Shown: piece after piece, positions 41,309-51,732 of the stretch
Numbering within the stretch: position 1 is the first letter of the stretch
How the letters are laid out: every line of letters starts with the position of its first letter
From: an uncultured Actinomycetota bacterium
GTDB lineage: Bacteria > Actinomycetota > Actinomycetes > Streptosporangiales > Streptosporangiaceae
Assembly (NCBI GenBank): GCA_963759545.1
Contig: CAVXAB010000015.1
Coordinates: forward strand, 45,055-109,054
DNA: 64,000 nt
Reading direction: 5' to 3'
Position numbers and translations under genes: made by a program
Notes under the pieces: model-generated
The model's input: only the letters and a program-made list of their open reading frames with translations
What the model was told of the DNA's origin: nothing
The model's database searches: none

Positions 41309-42116
41309 CGTCGGACGCGGAGAGCAACTCCCTGGTGTAGGGGTGACTGGGTGACCGGAAGACCTGCTCGCGGGCGCCGGCCTCGACGATCTCACCTCCC
41401 CGCATGACCGCAATCCGGTCGCAGAGGTAGTGCACGACCGCGAGGTTGTGCGAGATGAACAGGCAGGAGAAGCCGAGGTCGCGCTGCAGGTCGGCGAACT
41501 GGTTGAGGATGGCGGCCTGCACCGAGACGTCGAGCGCCGAGGTGGGCTCATCTGCCACCAGCAGCAGCGGCCGGGCGATCAGGGACCTGGCCAGCCCGAC
41601 CCGCTGCCGCTGACCGCCGGATAGTTCATGCGGGTAGCTGCCGCGCAGCTGCGCGGAAAGGCCGACCTGGGCCAGCATCTCGTCCACCTCGGCGTTGAGC
41701 TTCCGTCGTGACGTCGGCCGCAGGTGCCGCTGGGCGCGGAGCGGGGCGGCGACGATGTCGGCGACCTTCATCCGGGGATTCAGCGACGAATAGGGATCCT
41801 GGAACACCATGTGCATCTTGGGCCGCAGTGGCGTGAGCTTGCGCCGGGGCAGGTGCGTGATGTCGGCCCCGTCGAGGGCGATCGCGCCGGCGTCCGGTTC
41901 GAGCAGGCGCAGCACGCAGTGCGCCACGGTGGTCTTCCCGCTGCCGGACTCCCCGACGAGGCCGACGATCTCGCCGCGCCCGATCGTCAGGTCGACGCCC
42001 GCCACCGCGTGCACCGCGCCGCCGCCGGCCGAGCGGGGCACGCGGAACGCCTTGCGCAGCCCAGTCACCGTGAGCGCCGGGCACTCCGCGCTTGTGTTCG
42101 TGTCGCTCGCGTTCAT
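41298..42116 (-). CDS. Opp/Dpp ABC ATP-binding subunit (DppF-like)
   Basis: [35 protein letters not shown]. Confidence 0.92.
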   Translation of the reverse strand: MNASDTNTSAECPALTVTGLRKAFRVPRSAGGGAVHAVAGVDLTIGRGEIVGLVGESGSGKTTVAHCVLRLLEPDAGAIALDGADITHLPRRKLTPLRPKMHMVFQDPYSSLNPRMKVADIVAAPLRAQRHLRPTSRRKLNAEVDEMLAQVGLSAQLRGSYPHELSGGQRQRVGLARSLIARPLLLVADEPTSALDVSVQAAILNQFADLQRDLGFSCLFISHNLAVVHYLCDRIAVMRGGEIVEAGAREQVFRSPSHPYTRELLSASDVSP

Positions 42117-43148
42117 GTCGCCTGTGCTCGTGGCGCGGCCTCCCGCGCCGGATCGGGGATACGGTCGAGAACGCAGGCGGCCCGGTGCGCCTCACCCGTC
42201 GTGTCGCCCCGCGTGACCTGACGGAGGGCGGGCTGGCCGGTCAGGCACCGGGGCTCAGCGTGCGCGCAGCGCGGGCTGAACACGCAGCATGCGGGCTCGG
42301 CGCGCAGCAGCGGCACCTGGCCGGCGATCGGCGTCAGCCGCCGGGTCTCGGCGTTGCTGTCCGGCTGCGGCACCGCGCCGAGCAGCCCGGTCGTGTAGGG
42401 GTGGGCCGGCGACGCGAGCACTTCGGTGGTCGGCGCCTGCTCGAGCACGTACCCGGCGTACATCACCACCACCCGGTCGGCCATGCGGCTGACCACACCG
42501 AGGTCATGGGTGATGAGCAGCACCGACATGCCGAGGGAGCCGCGCAGGTCCCGCAGCAGGCTGAGGATCTGGGCCTGGATCGTCGGGTCGAGCGCGGTCG
42601 TCGGCTCGTCGGCGATCAGTACTTCGGGGTCGCAGGCGACGGCCATGGCGATCATGACCCGCTGCCGCATCCCGCCGGACAGCTGGTGCGGGTAGGACCG
42701 CAGGTGCCGCGCCGCGGACGGCATCCGGACCAGGTCGAACAGCTCGAGCGCCCGGGACCTGGCGTCCGTCCACGACAGCCCCTGGTGCCTGCGGAGCACC
42801 TCGGCGACCTGGCGGCCGACGGTCAGCGACGGGTTGAGCGCGGTCATCGGCTCCTGGAAGATCATCGCGATCGTGGCGCCGCGGATGTCGCGCAGCCGCC
42901 GCGGCGAGGCCGCGCGCAGTTCTTCGTCACGGAACCAGATGCGCCCGGTCACTGCGGCGCCGGCCGGTTCAAGGCCGAGCACGGACAGCCCGGTCAGCGT
43001 CTTGCCGGAACCCGACTCGCCGACGATGGCGAGCACCTCGTTGTCGTGCAGCGAGAGCGACACGCCGTTGACCGCGAGCACCGGGCCGTGGGCCGTGTGG
43101 AAGCTGATCCGCAGGTCCTCGATCCGCAGCAGCGGGGTCTCTGCTCAT
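42113..43148 (-). CDS. Opp/Dpp ABC ATP-binding subunit (DppD-like); natural ATG at 43148 is out of frame by one base
   Basis: In-frame [14 protein letters not shown] precedes the GTG at 43081; [17 protein letters not shown]-terminal HPY and Cys cluster. Confidence 0.85.
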
Positions 43149-44044
43149 CGCCGCCCCCGAGGGTTGAGCGCGTCGGTGATGCCGTCGCCGAACAGGTTGA
43201 AGCAGAGCGCGGTGAGGAAGATCGCGACGCCTGGGAAGACCCCGAGCCAGGCCGCCTGGTACAGGTACTGCTGCGCCTGGGCGAGCATCCCGCCCCAGTC
43301 CGCGGTGGGCGGCTGGACGCCGAGGCCGAGGAACGACAAGATCGCCGCGCCGACGATCGAGGCCGGGATGGCGACCGTGGTCTGCACGGTAACCGGGCGA
43401 AGCACGTTCGGGAGGATCTGCCGCCGCAGGATCGTCAGGTCGCGCTCGCCGTTCACCAGCGCGGCCTGGACGTACTCGAGGCCGCGTACCTCTAGCGTCG
43501 CGGCGCGGGCGATCCGGGCGATCTGCGGCACCTGCGCGACGCCGAGCGCGAGCACCGCGGTCCACAGGGTGGGCTGGGAGATCGCGGCGAGTCCGACGGC
43601 GAGCAGCAGGAACGGGAAGGCGAGCAGCACGTCGGCAACCCGCATCAGCAGCGTGTCAACCGGCCCGCGGAAGTACCCGGCGATCATTCCGTACGGCAGC
43701 CCGACCGCGGTGCCGAGCAGCGTAGAGACGATTCCTGCGGCGAGTGTGGTGCGCGCGCCGTAGAGCATCCGGGACAGCACGTCCCTGCCGAGCTGATCGG
43801 TGCCGAGCAGGTGGTGCGGGGACAGCGGCGGGGCGAGCACGAGGGCGAAGTTCGGCGCGTTCGGGTCGTACGGCGCGGCGAGCGGGCCGAATACGGCGAC
43901 GAGCACGACGATGACCGAGCCCACTGCGCCGACCATCGCCAGCGCGCTGAACCGGGGGCGCGTCCTGGCGGCGCGGACCATCCGCGCCGCCGCTCGCGCG
44001 CCGAGCGGTGCCGGAACGCCCGGCCCGGCGATCCCCGCGGTCAC
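43145..44044 (-). CDS. Opp/Dpp ABC permease (DppC-like)
   Basis: LGTDQLGRDVLSR, EAA loop, ILPN, LSFLGLG..PPTADWG. Confidence 0.92.
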   Translation of the reverse strand: MTAGIAGPGVPAPLGARAAARMVRAARTRPRFSALAMVGAVGSVIVVLVAVFGPLAAPYDPNAPNFALVLAPPLSPHHLLGTDQLGRDVLSRMLYGARTTLAAGIVSTLLGTAVGLPYGMIAGYFRGPVDTLLMRVADVLLAFPFLLLAVGLAAISQPTLWTAVLALGVAQVPQIARIARAATLEVRGLEYVQAALVNGERDLTILRRQILPNVLRPVTVQTTVAIPASIVGAAILSFLGLGVQPPTADWGGMLAQAQQYLYQAAWLGVFPGVAIFLTALCFNLFGDGITDALNPRGRR

Positions 44045-45003
44045 GCGGCACTCCTGCCGACGGTGACCCGCAGCCGCGGGTTGATGAGCGCGTAACACAC
44101 GTCGGTGAGCAGGTTCACGATGATGTACCCGGCGGCGGTCAGCAGCACCGCCCCTTGCAGCGTCGGGTAGTCCCGCTGGTAGACCGAGTCGAGCGTGAGC
44201 TGTCCGATACCGGGGATGTTGAAGACCTCCTCCACGGTCACGATGCCGGCGATCAGGCCGCCGAGCTGCAGCCCGACCACCGTGACCACGGTGACGAGGC
44301 TGTTGCGCAGCGCGTGAATCCAGATCACCTGCGATTCGCGCAATCCCTTGGCGCGGGCGGTCCGCACGTAATCGGCGCCGAGCGCCTCGATCATCGCCGC
44401 CCGTGTCTGCCGCATGAGCACCGCGGCGAGCCCGGTGCCGAGCACGATCACCGGCATGACCATGTGCGACAGGTTCCCGCCGAGACCGCCGCTCAGCGGC
44501 ACGAAGCCACCGGACGGCAGCACGTGCAGGTGCACCGCGAAGATCAAGATGGCCAGGATGCCGAACCAGAAGTGCGGCAGGGAGAGCCCGCCGAGCGCCG
44601 CCGCGCTCGCGACCCAGTCGGTGACGCGCCCCGGCCGGACGGCCGCGGCGACGCCGGCGGGGACGCCGAGCGCGACGGCGAACGCCAGGGCAAGCACCGC
44701 GAGCTCAAGCGTAATCGGCAGGCGCTGCGCGAGCTGCGTGGCCACCGGGATGTCGGTGACCGGCGAGGTGCCCAGCTGCCCGCGCAGCACCTCGCCGATC
44801 CACCGCGCGTACTGGACGGGCAGCGGCTGGTCGAAGCCGTACCGGTGAATGGTCGCGGCGAGCGCCGCCGGGTTGGTGGAGTCCGCCGACAGCGCCGTCG
44901 CCGGACCGCCGGGGAGTGCGTGCACGGCGCCGAACACCACGATCGTCGCGAGCAGCAAGGTGACGAGCGCGATGAAGGTGCGCCGCGCGATGGCCCAAGG
45001 CAA
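44041..45003 (-). CDS. Opp/Dpp ABC permease (DppB-like)
   Basis: PLPVQY, DYVRTARAKGL, HALRNS, EEVFNIPGIG, RDYPTLQG. Confidence 0.92.
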   Translation of the reverse strand: MPWAIARRTFIALVTLLLATIVVFGAVHALPGGPATALSADSTNPAALAATIHRYGFDQPLPVQYARWIGEVLRGQLGTSPVTDIPVATQLAQRLPITLELAVLALAFAVALGVPAGVAAAVRPGRVTDWVASAAALGGLSLPHFWFGILAILIFAVHLHVLPSGGFVPLSGGLGGNLSHMVMPVIVLGTGLAAVLMRQTRAAMIEALGADYVRTARAKGLRESQVIWIHALRNSLVTVVTVVGLQLGGLIAGIVTVEEVFNIPGIGQLTLDSVYQRDYPTLQGAVLLTAAGYIIVNLLTDVCYALINPRLRVTVGRSAA

Positions 45004-46629
45004 TCAGCCCACCTGCGCGTACTCGAGCCGGATCAGCCCGTCGGGGAAGTACTGCACGCCGGTGACGTTCTTGCTGACCCCGAGGTAGTACTTGTCGTAC
45101 CACAGGTAGATGATGTTGAGTTCCTGGTGCATCAGCTGGACGGCCTGCGTGTAGATCTGCTGTCGCTGTGCGGTGGACGTGGACGCGCGGGCCTGCAGGA
45201 GCAGGTTGTTCAGCGCCGGGTAGTCCGCGCCTGTGTAGTTGAGCCCGGCGCCCGGGTACCAGTCGCTGAAGATGTTCTGGTCCGGGTCGATCCGGCCCGA
45301 CCAGCCGATCTGGTACATCTCGAAGTCGCCGGCCGCCGCCCTGGACAGCGTGGTGGTGAACTCAAGCGGCTGGAGGGTCACGGCGAAGCCGGCCTGCGCC
45401 GCCATCGACTGGATGATCGAGCCGATCTGCAGCTCAAGCGGGGCGTTCTCCAGCATGAGCGTGACGTGGACCGGCGTCTTGAGCCCGGTAGCCGCGATGA
45501 GGCTCTTCGCCTCGGTGATGTTCTGCGCGGGACACGGGACGCTCACCGCCCACGGGCTGTTTGGCGGGATTGGCGTGCAGCCGGGCGTGTAGAGCCCGTC
45601 GAAGGCGACCTGGTTCAGCTGCGCGCGGTTCAGCGACAACTCGAACGCCTCGCGCAGCGTGGGGTGCGTGGCGAACGGGTTGCTCGCGGTGCCGTAGGCC
45701 TTCAGCGACCCGTTCACGTTGCCGGTGTTGATGTCTAGGCCCTCGTAGCCAAGCGAGTTCTGGCCCTCGACGGTGGTGCTCGCGTTGTTCTGCAGCGTCT
45801 TGACGTCCTGGGGCGCGATCTGGTCACCTATCTGGATCTGACCCGATTCCAGGTCGGCCGCCATCGTGCTCGGATCCGAGATGACCTCGAAGGTGACCGT
45901 GGACAGGTGCACGTGGGACTTGCCGTAGTAGTAAGGCGACTTCTTCAGCACGATGGTGTCCAGGCTGGGCCGGGAGGAGAACTCGAACGGTCCGACGCAC
46001 ACCGGGTCCTGCGCGAAGTTGTTGCCCAGCTTGGCCAGCTGCTTCGGCGAGAGGATCATGCCGGCCCGGTCGGCGAGGACCGACGTCAGCGGGGCGAACG
46101 GCTTGGACAGGTGCAGCACGACGGTATCCGGCCCGGTCACGGCGACGCTGGTCACGCCCTTGAGCTCGCTGGCGCGGTTGGACTGCGGGTTGGTCAGGTA
46201 CCGGTCGATCGTGGTCTTCACCGCCGCCGCGTTGAATGGCGTGCCGTCGTTGAACAGGATGCCGGGCTTGAGGTTGATGGTGTAGGCGCGCCCGCCATCG
46301 GTGATGACCGGGAGCGAGGCGGCGAGCTGCGGCACGATCTGCAGCCCGGCGTTGATGTCGTACAGCTTCTGGCACATGTTCGCGAACACCGTGCGCCCGA
46401 CGAAGGTGGCGGCCGTCGTCGGGTCGAGGGCGTCGGGCGCTTCAGCGAGGCCAACGGTGATGCTGCCCGACCCGGCCGAGGCGGTGGAGCCGCCGCCGCC
46501 GCCGCTGCTGGTGGTGGCCGGCGCGGTGCAGGCGGCTAGCCCGGCGAAGAGCGCCACCGCTGCGGCGGCGGCAATCAAGTGATAGGGGAAGCGCAGAGTT
46601 GATCTGGCTTTCAGCCGAGGGTTCACCAT
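45004..46629 (-). CDS. Family 5 ABC substrate-binding lipoprotein
   Basis: Lipobox LAAC, LDPT, GILFNDGTPFNA, GPFEF, GWSGRIDPD. Confidence 0.9.
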   Translation of the reverse strand: MVNPRLKARSTLRFPYHLIAAAAAVALFAGLAACTAPATTSSGGGGGSTASAGSGSITVGLAEAPDALDPTTAATFVGRTVFANMCQKLYDINAGLQIVPQLAASLPVITDGGRAYTINLKPGILFNDGTPFNAAAVKTTIDRYLTNPQSNRASELKGVTSVAVTGPDTVVLHLSKPFAPLTSVLADRAGMILSPKQLAKLGNNFAQDPVCVGPFEFSSRPSLDTIVLKKSPYYYGKSHVHLSTVTFEVISDPSTMAADLESGQIQIGDQIAPQDVKTLQNNASTTVEGQNSLGYEGLDINTGNVNGSLKAYGTASNPFATHPTLREAFELSLNRAQLNQVAFDGLYTPGCTPIPPNSPWAVSVPCPAQNITEAKSLIAATGLKTPVHVTLMLENAPLELQIGSIIQSMAAQAGFAVTLQPLEFTTTLSRAAAGDFEMYQIGWSGRIDPDQNIFSDWYPGAGLNYTGADYPALNNLLLQARASTSTAQRQQIYTQAVQLMHQELNIIYLWYDKYYLGVSKNVTGVQYFPDGLIRLEYAQVG

Positions 46630-46784
46630 AAAGACATGATTAGCCTTCGACGCAAAAATGATAAGTACGTGATTTGTTAAATGTAATCGACTAAGATCAC
46701 AAGGCTTTACACCGGAAACTCTAGCCACAACAGATACGCACACCCCGCGCCCGCAACCACGCGCCAGCCACATCAGGCAAGGCC

Positions 46785-47753
46785 TCAGATAGGGAAGTGC
46801 CGCCGCAGGTGCTTCAGCTGCGGCTCGGCGTGCGCGTGCGGCACGCTGTGCCCGCTGTACGGGTACACGATGATGTCCTTGTCCGCGGTTATCTCGTTAT
46901 AGGCGGCAAAGACCGTCGAGGGCGGGCAGATGTCGTCCATCAGCCCGACGCTGACCAGGGTCGTCGCCGTGATCCGGCGGGCGAGCAGCGCGCAGTCGAC
47001 GTAGCGCAGCGTGTTCAGCGCCGTGTCGATGAGCGCGACGTTCTCCGCGAGGAACTCCGGGATCTCGGTGTACGGCGCGTGCGGCGCGAGGGTGATCGCC
47101 CGCTGGATGTCGCACAGGAACGGGACGTCCGCGTGGCACACGCTCACCGCGTCCCGGTGCAGCGCCGCGGCGGCCAGCGCCAGCCCGCCGCCCTGACTGC
47201 CGCCGCTGACCGCGACGGTCGCTTCCGCGCCGGCGAGCTCGAGCGCGACGTCCACCGCGCGCGCCGCGTCGGTGAACATCCGGGTGTAGTAGTAGTCCTC
47301 TGGCGTGGTGATGCCCCGGGTCATGACCAGCGAGTTCTCGGCGCCCGTGCCGCCCCGGCCGTCCGGGGTGGCGCCGGTTGACCAGCGGCCGCCCTGTCCG
47401 CGGCTGTCCATGACGAGCACCGCGTAGCCGAGTGCGGGCAGCAGGAAGTGCTCGGACGGCGCGCCCCGGCCGCCGCCGTAGCCGATGAACTTCACCACGA
47501 CCGGCGAGTTCGCCTGGCCGCCGGGCTTGATGTACCAGGCACGGATCGGGTCGCCGCCGGCCCCGGAGAACTCCACGTCGAACACCTGGAACGGGCGGTA
47601 GACGTCCGGCTCGTGCGGCGTGAACGTGGCCGGCCGTGCCTGCGCCCGCGCGTGATCCAGGCGCTTGGCCCACCACTCGTCGAGCCCTTCCGGCTCCTGC
47701 GTGCTCGTACGGTACTCGCGCAGCCGCTCGAGCGGCATGTCATACCAAGGCAT
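46785..47753 (-). CDS. Acetylxylan esterase / cephalosporin-C deacetylase (CE7, AXE1)
   Basis: MDSRGQG, GGSQGGG, PYTEI, VGLMDDICPPST, YPYSGH. Confidence 0.92.
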   Translation of the reverse strand: MPWYDMPLERLREYRTSTQEPEGLDEWWAKRLDHARAQARPATFTPHEPDVYRPFQVFDVEFSGAGGDPIRAWYIKPGGQANSPVVVKFIGYGGGRGAPSEHFLLPALGYAVLVMDSRGQGGRWSTGATPDGRGGTGAENSLVMTRGITTPEDYYYTRMFTDAARAVDVALELAGAEATVAVSGGSQGGGLALAAAALHRDAVSVCHADVPFLCDIQRAITLAPHAPYTEIPEFLAENVALIDTALNTLRYVDCALLARRITATTLVSVGLMDDICPPSTVFAAYNEITADKDIIVYPYSGHSVPHAHAEPQLKHLRRHFPI

Positions 47754-47895
47754 GCGTCGTAACCTATCTGCTCTTACCGGCAGTTGCCTGCCAGCCTGAT
47801 CTCAGTCAGCACGAAGTCACGGAAGGTCGCAAGGCAGCGCACTCACTGTTCGGTGAGACGGCGCAGTCGGAAGGAAGCAGCGGCGTTTTCGTTCC

Positions 47896-47995
47896 CATGT
47901 GGATTCGGCATCAAATGAGCTGCGGAATCCACATGATCATGGTCGGGCGGCGGTGCCGCGCCCGGACAATCCGGACGAAACGGGCGCGGCGGCCA
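47896..47995 (+). repeat. Palindromic element, family F2, copy 2
   Basis: CATGTGGATTCGGCA-TCAAATGAGC-TGCGGAATCCACATGATCATGGTC..., same loop as 28428. Confidence 0.8.
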
Positions 47996-48120
47996 CGGTG
48001 GTCGCGCTAACGCGCTCCGGCTGGGACCGGCGCGCCGACGGAGCGGAGGCCCGCCTCAGTTACGACTCCGGGTGGGAGGTCGTGCTTGGCGCGTACGGCT
48101 CCACGGCTGCCACGTGACTC

Positions 48121-50070
48121 CTAGCTCTCGGCGATCTTGAAGACCTTGACTCCGAACGGGTGCAGCGTGACCGTGTCCGTGACCTCTGTCTCTCCGAGCG
48201 CGGTCAGCCCCAGGGGCGGCGCGAGTTCGCCGGCCGCGCTGAGCGCCGGCTTGACGGTCAGCGTCTCGTCGGCGTGGCTGACGATCACCGCGTACCGCGT
48301 CCCGTCGCGGTGCACGAGGACGTCGCAGGCGACGTCCGGGTCCTCGACGGTCACGGTCCTGCGGATCCCCGCGTGCGTGGCGAGTGCGGAGTAGAGCGCG
48401 ACCGTCGCGTCCGGGTTGACCCGGGCGACGGCCGAGGCCATGTACTCGAGCGGGTAGGTGCACAGAAGCAGGGCGCCGCGGCCTGTCTGGCGGCGCAGGA
48501 TGGCGGGGCGGCCGTGCGCGTCGGTGGCGATCACTTCCGCGGTCGTCGGGATCACGGGCAGGTAGGAACGCGCGTGCTCGTTACCCGCGACCGGGAACGT
48601 GAGCGCGGTTCCCCTGCTCAGGCCGCCGAAGTCCCTGGCGAGGGTGATCTCGACGAGCTCGTCGGTGATCGGGTCGACGAGGCCGACGTCGAGCTGGTGC
48701 CTGATGCCGAAGAGCTCGTTCATCGCACCGTACGACGGACCGCGGTGCCAGGGCACGTCGCCGGCGCAGTAGGAGACGTAGACGGTCGCGCCGTCTTCGG
48801 CGAGGCGTTCGAGCGTGGCGGCGGTGGGGGCGAGGAACTGCTTGACCGACGGCGCGAGGTAGAGCCGGGCACCCGGCTCGATGCCGTCGGTTTCCCTGGT
48901 CAGCTTGGGTGGCAGGTCGGCGAGCCGCGCGGCGATGTAGGACTGGTGAAGTCCCCTGGCGACGGCCACGTGGCTGTCAGGCGAGGTGAACGGGAACTGG
49001 TTGTCCAGGTAGGCCGAGACGATCAGCGCCGTGTCGGTGTCCGCGCGCTCGCAGTTGGTGTGGTCAATGGCCTTGAGCGTCTGCGCGAAGGACTTCATCT
49101 CGGTGAGCGTGGCCTTGGGCGTGCCGTGCGCGTCGGTGAGCCCGAAGTTCTGCTCGAACGCGTGATGGCGGTACGGGTCCTGGTGCGGGAGGGCGAAGTC
49201 GGTGTTGTTCCACGCGATCCACCCGGTCGCGCCGGCGAGCAGCGTGCTGTGCAGCACGTGCCGGTAGTACGTGGCCGCGTTGGCGTCGGAGGCGAAGTCG
49301 GAGCTGACGCCGAACTCCTCCATGATCACCGGCTTGCCGAACGTGCCGGACAGCTCGCAGGCGATGGCGGCGGCGTAGCGCTGCCGGACGGGGTCGTCGC
49401 CGACGGGGTAAGTGTGGGGGCCGAGGAAGTCCGTCATTTCCGATACTTCGGTCAGACGGAAGCCGTTGTCCCTGCCGGTGACCTCGATGCCCCAGGCGCC
49501 GTCGCCCAGCGAGAACGGCTGGTGCCCGCCGGCCGCCCTGACCGCGTCCTTGATGATCCGCGCCCAGGTCGCGACGATCTCGTGATCCGTGTCCGAGCCG
49601 CCGTAGATCGGCATCTCGTTGGTGACCAGCCAGCCCGTGACCGCGGGGTGCGCGTGGAAGCGGCGGACCATCTCGGCGGCGAACCAGGCCTGCCTGCCGA
49701 CCATCCAGACGTCGTTGTAGAGGTGGCGGTCGTTCCGCCAGGCCGGGTCCCAGTTCTCGCCGGACATGTGGCCGACGATGAAGGTGGGAATGGTCGCGAG
49801 ACCCTGCTCGGCGTGCCTGTCGAGGAAGTCGGCGAAGCGCCCGGTCATGGTCTCGTCGATCTCGTACGGGCCGGGCATGAAGTCCGGCCAGTAGAAGAAC
49901 GACCTGGTCATGGTCAGGCCGTGGCGCTTGAGCACGGCAAGCTCCGCGGTGACGACCGCCGGGTCGTAGTGGCGCCACATGAGCGGCCCGCCGGTTCGCG
50001 ACCAGAAGTTCGCGCCGAGCCAGTCCACCGGCACGCCGCCGGCCATGACCCTCGATGTGTTCCTGCGCAT
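48121..50070 (-). CDS. GH5-like (clan A) glycoside hydrolase, possibly beta-mannanase/mannosidase, with C-terminal GH42-like domain
   Basis: GANFW, WLVTNE (acid/base), HTY, PVIMEEFG (nucleophile), AWNNTD. Substrate is inferred. Confidence 0.8.
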   Translation of the reverse strand: MRRNTSRVMAGGVPVDWLGANFWSRTGGPLMWRHYDPAVVTAELAVLKRHGLTMTRSFFYWPDFMPGPYEIDETMTGRFADFLDRHAEQGLATIPTFIVGHMSGENWDPAWRNDRHLYNDVWMVGRQAWFAAEMVRRFHAHPAVTGWLVTNEMPIYGGSDTDHEIVATWARIIKDAVRAAGGHQPFSLGDGAWGIEVTGRDNGFRLTEVSEMTDFLGPHTYPVGDDPVRQRYAAAIACELSGTFGKPVIMEEFGVSSDFASDANAATYYRHVLHSTLLAGATGWIAWNNTDFALPHQDPYRHHAFEQNFGLTDAHGTPKATLTEMKSFAQTLKAIDHTNCERADTDTALIVSAYLDNQFPFTSPDSHVAVARGLHQSYIAARLADLPPKLTRETDGIEPGARLYLAPSVKQFLAPTAATLERLAEDGATVYVSYCAGDVPWHRGPSYGAMNELFGIRHQLDVGLVDPITDELVEITLARDFGGLSRGTALTFPVAGNEHARSYLPVIPTTAEVIATDAHGRPAILRRQTGRGALLLCTYPLEYMASAVARVNPDATVALYSALATHAGIRRTVTVEDPDVACDVLVHRDGTRYAVIVSHADETLTVKPALSAAGELAPPLGLTALGETEVTDTVTLHPFGVKVFKIAES

Positions 50071-50098
50071 GTGGCCTCCTCCGCCAGGCGGCGGCTAT

Positions 50099-50190
50099 CC
50101 CCGGGAGGCGAACCCCCCGTACTCCCGATGTCTGCCCGGCCGGGCCTGATCGCAAAGACCGCGATCGTGCCCGGCCCGGCCGGGCAGACG
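50099..50190 (+). repeat. F1 REP variant plus long hairpin module
   Basis: CCCGGGAGGCGAACCCCCCGTACTCCCG then GTCTGCCCGGCCGGGCCTGATCGCAAAGACCGCGATCGT...GGCCGGGCAGAC. Confidence 0.65.
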
Positions 50191-50223
50191 AGAGGTGTTC
50201 AATGCCGGCCCGGTCGTCCTGGA

Positions 50224-50239
50224 CTATACCGGTTTAGTG
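50224..50239 (-). promoter_or_regulatory. Candidate LacI operator upstream of the GH5 gene
   Basis: Minus strand CACTAAACCGGTATAG; 15/16 identical to 51733-51748. Confidence 0.7.
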
Positions 50240-50439
50240 CAGCGTCGTCCACGGTAGGGGCTGGTTATTGGACGCGTCCCGGACTTACCGGGGATTTTCC
50301 CGGGACTTACCGGGACGCGTCCCGGACGCATCCCGGTTATGCTTAACCGGGACAGCGAATCTCTTCGTCCTGCCCTGCCCAGGGAGTCATCGGTCGGTCA
50401 CGGTCGGGTGGAAGAGGTTCGGGAGATGAGGGGGCCCGG

Positions 50440-51492
50440 ATGAAGCGTCCGACCATTACCGACATCGCCCAGCGGGCCGGCGTGACCAAGGCCGCGGTCT
50501 CCTTCGCCCTGAACGGACAGCCTGGGGTATCCGCCGCGACCAGGGAGCGGATCCTGGCGATCGCCGAGGAAATCGGCTTCCAGCCCAACAGCGCCGCCCG
50601 CGCGCTGACGGTCGGCAGGTCCGGTGTGTTCGGCCTGGTGATCGACCGGCCGGCCCGCACGCTCGGCATCGAGCCGTTTTTCATGCAGCTGGTCTCCGGC
50701 ATCCAGGCCGACCTCGCCGCGCACCAGGTCCTGCTTCAGTTCACGATGACCGAGGACGTCGACGCCGAGATCGAGCTCTACCGGCAGTGGTGGGCGCAGC
50801 GGCGGGTGGACGGCGTGTTCGTCGTTGACCTCCAGGTCGACGACCGCCGGATCGCGGTGATCGAGAAGCTGCGCATGCCCGCCGTGGTGATCGGGACGCC
50901 GCGCGGCGCAGGCTCGCTGCCGGCGATCTGGCAGGATGACCGCGTCGCCGTGGACCTCGTGGTCGGCAACCTCGCGGCCCAGGGCCACCGGCGGATCGCC
51001 CGGGTAGGCGGCCGGGCGTCGTACTGGCACTCGGTGCTACGCAAGGACGCGTTCGCGGCGGCGTCCGCGGCGGCCGGGCTCACCGCGTTCTCCGTCGAGG
51101 CCGACTACACGGCCGAGCACGGGGCCCACGCGACCGTCGGGCTGCTCGGTTCCGCCGAGCCGCCGAGCGCGATCCTCTACGACAACGACGTGATGGCGGC
51201 CGCCGGGCTTGGCGTCGCGCAGCGGATGGGCGTCAGCGTGCCAGACGGCGTGTCGATCGTCTCCTGGGATGATTCCGCGCTGTGCGAGCTCATGCACCCC
51301 GCGCTGACCGCGCTGCGCCGGGACATCGCCGGCGCTGGCTCAACCGCCGCGCGGATGCTGCGCGAACTGGCGGCGGGCGGCCGTCCGGAGAACGTCATGG
51401 AGGCCACGCCGGTGCTCCAGGCCCGGGCGAGCTCTGGTCCGGCAGGCATGCCCGACATCGCGACACCGCGCCGTTCCCGCCTGACGGCCTAG
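50440..51492 (+). CDS. LacI-family transcriptional regulator
   Basis: PTITDIAQRAGVTKAAVSFALNG, FQPNSAARAL, VSIVSWDDS. Confidence 0.95.
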   Translation: MKRPTITDIAQRAGVTKAAVSFALNGQPGVSAATRERILAIAEEIGFQPNSAARALTVGRSGVFGLVIDRPARTLGIEPFFMQLVSGIQADLAAHQVLLQFTMTEDVDAEIELYRQWWAQRRVDGVFVVDLQVDDRRIAVIEKLRMPAVVIGTPRGAGSLPAIWQDDRVAVDLVVGNLAAQGHRRIARVGGRASYWHSVLRKDAFAAASAAAGLTAFSVEADYTAEHGAHATVGLLGSAEPPSAILYDNDVMAAAGLGVAQRMGVSVPDGVSIVSWDDSALCELMHPALTALRRDIAGAGSTAARMLRELAAGGRPENVMEATPVLQARASSGPAGMPDIATPRRSRLTA

Positions 51493-51732
51493 GCGTTGCT
51501 GGTGGCGGCGCCCGGGCCTGTACGGCCTGAGCCGCCCAAGCGGTGTTTTCCGGCGCAGTGGCGTGGCAAGCACCCGTTCTGGATCCTGCTGTCGGGTACC
51601 GGCGGGAGCCTGCTGGCGGCGGTGACCTGCGCCACGGACCGCGTCCGTGACCCCAGAAGCGGACCGCTGAGACCTGATCGCGACCCGAGAGATACAAAGA
51701 CGGCTCTTTACGTAGACGCTGCTTTGGGTTAA

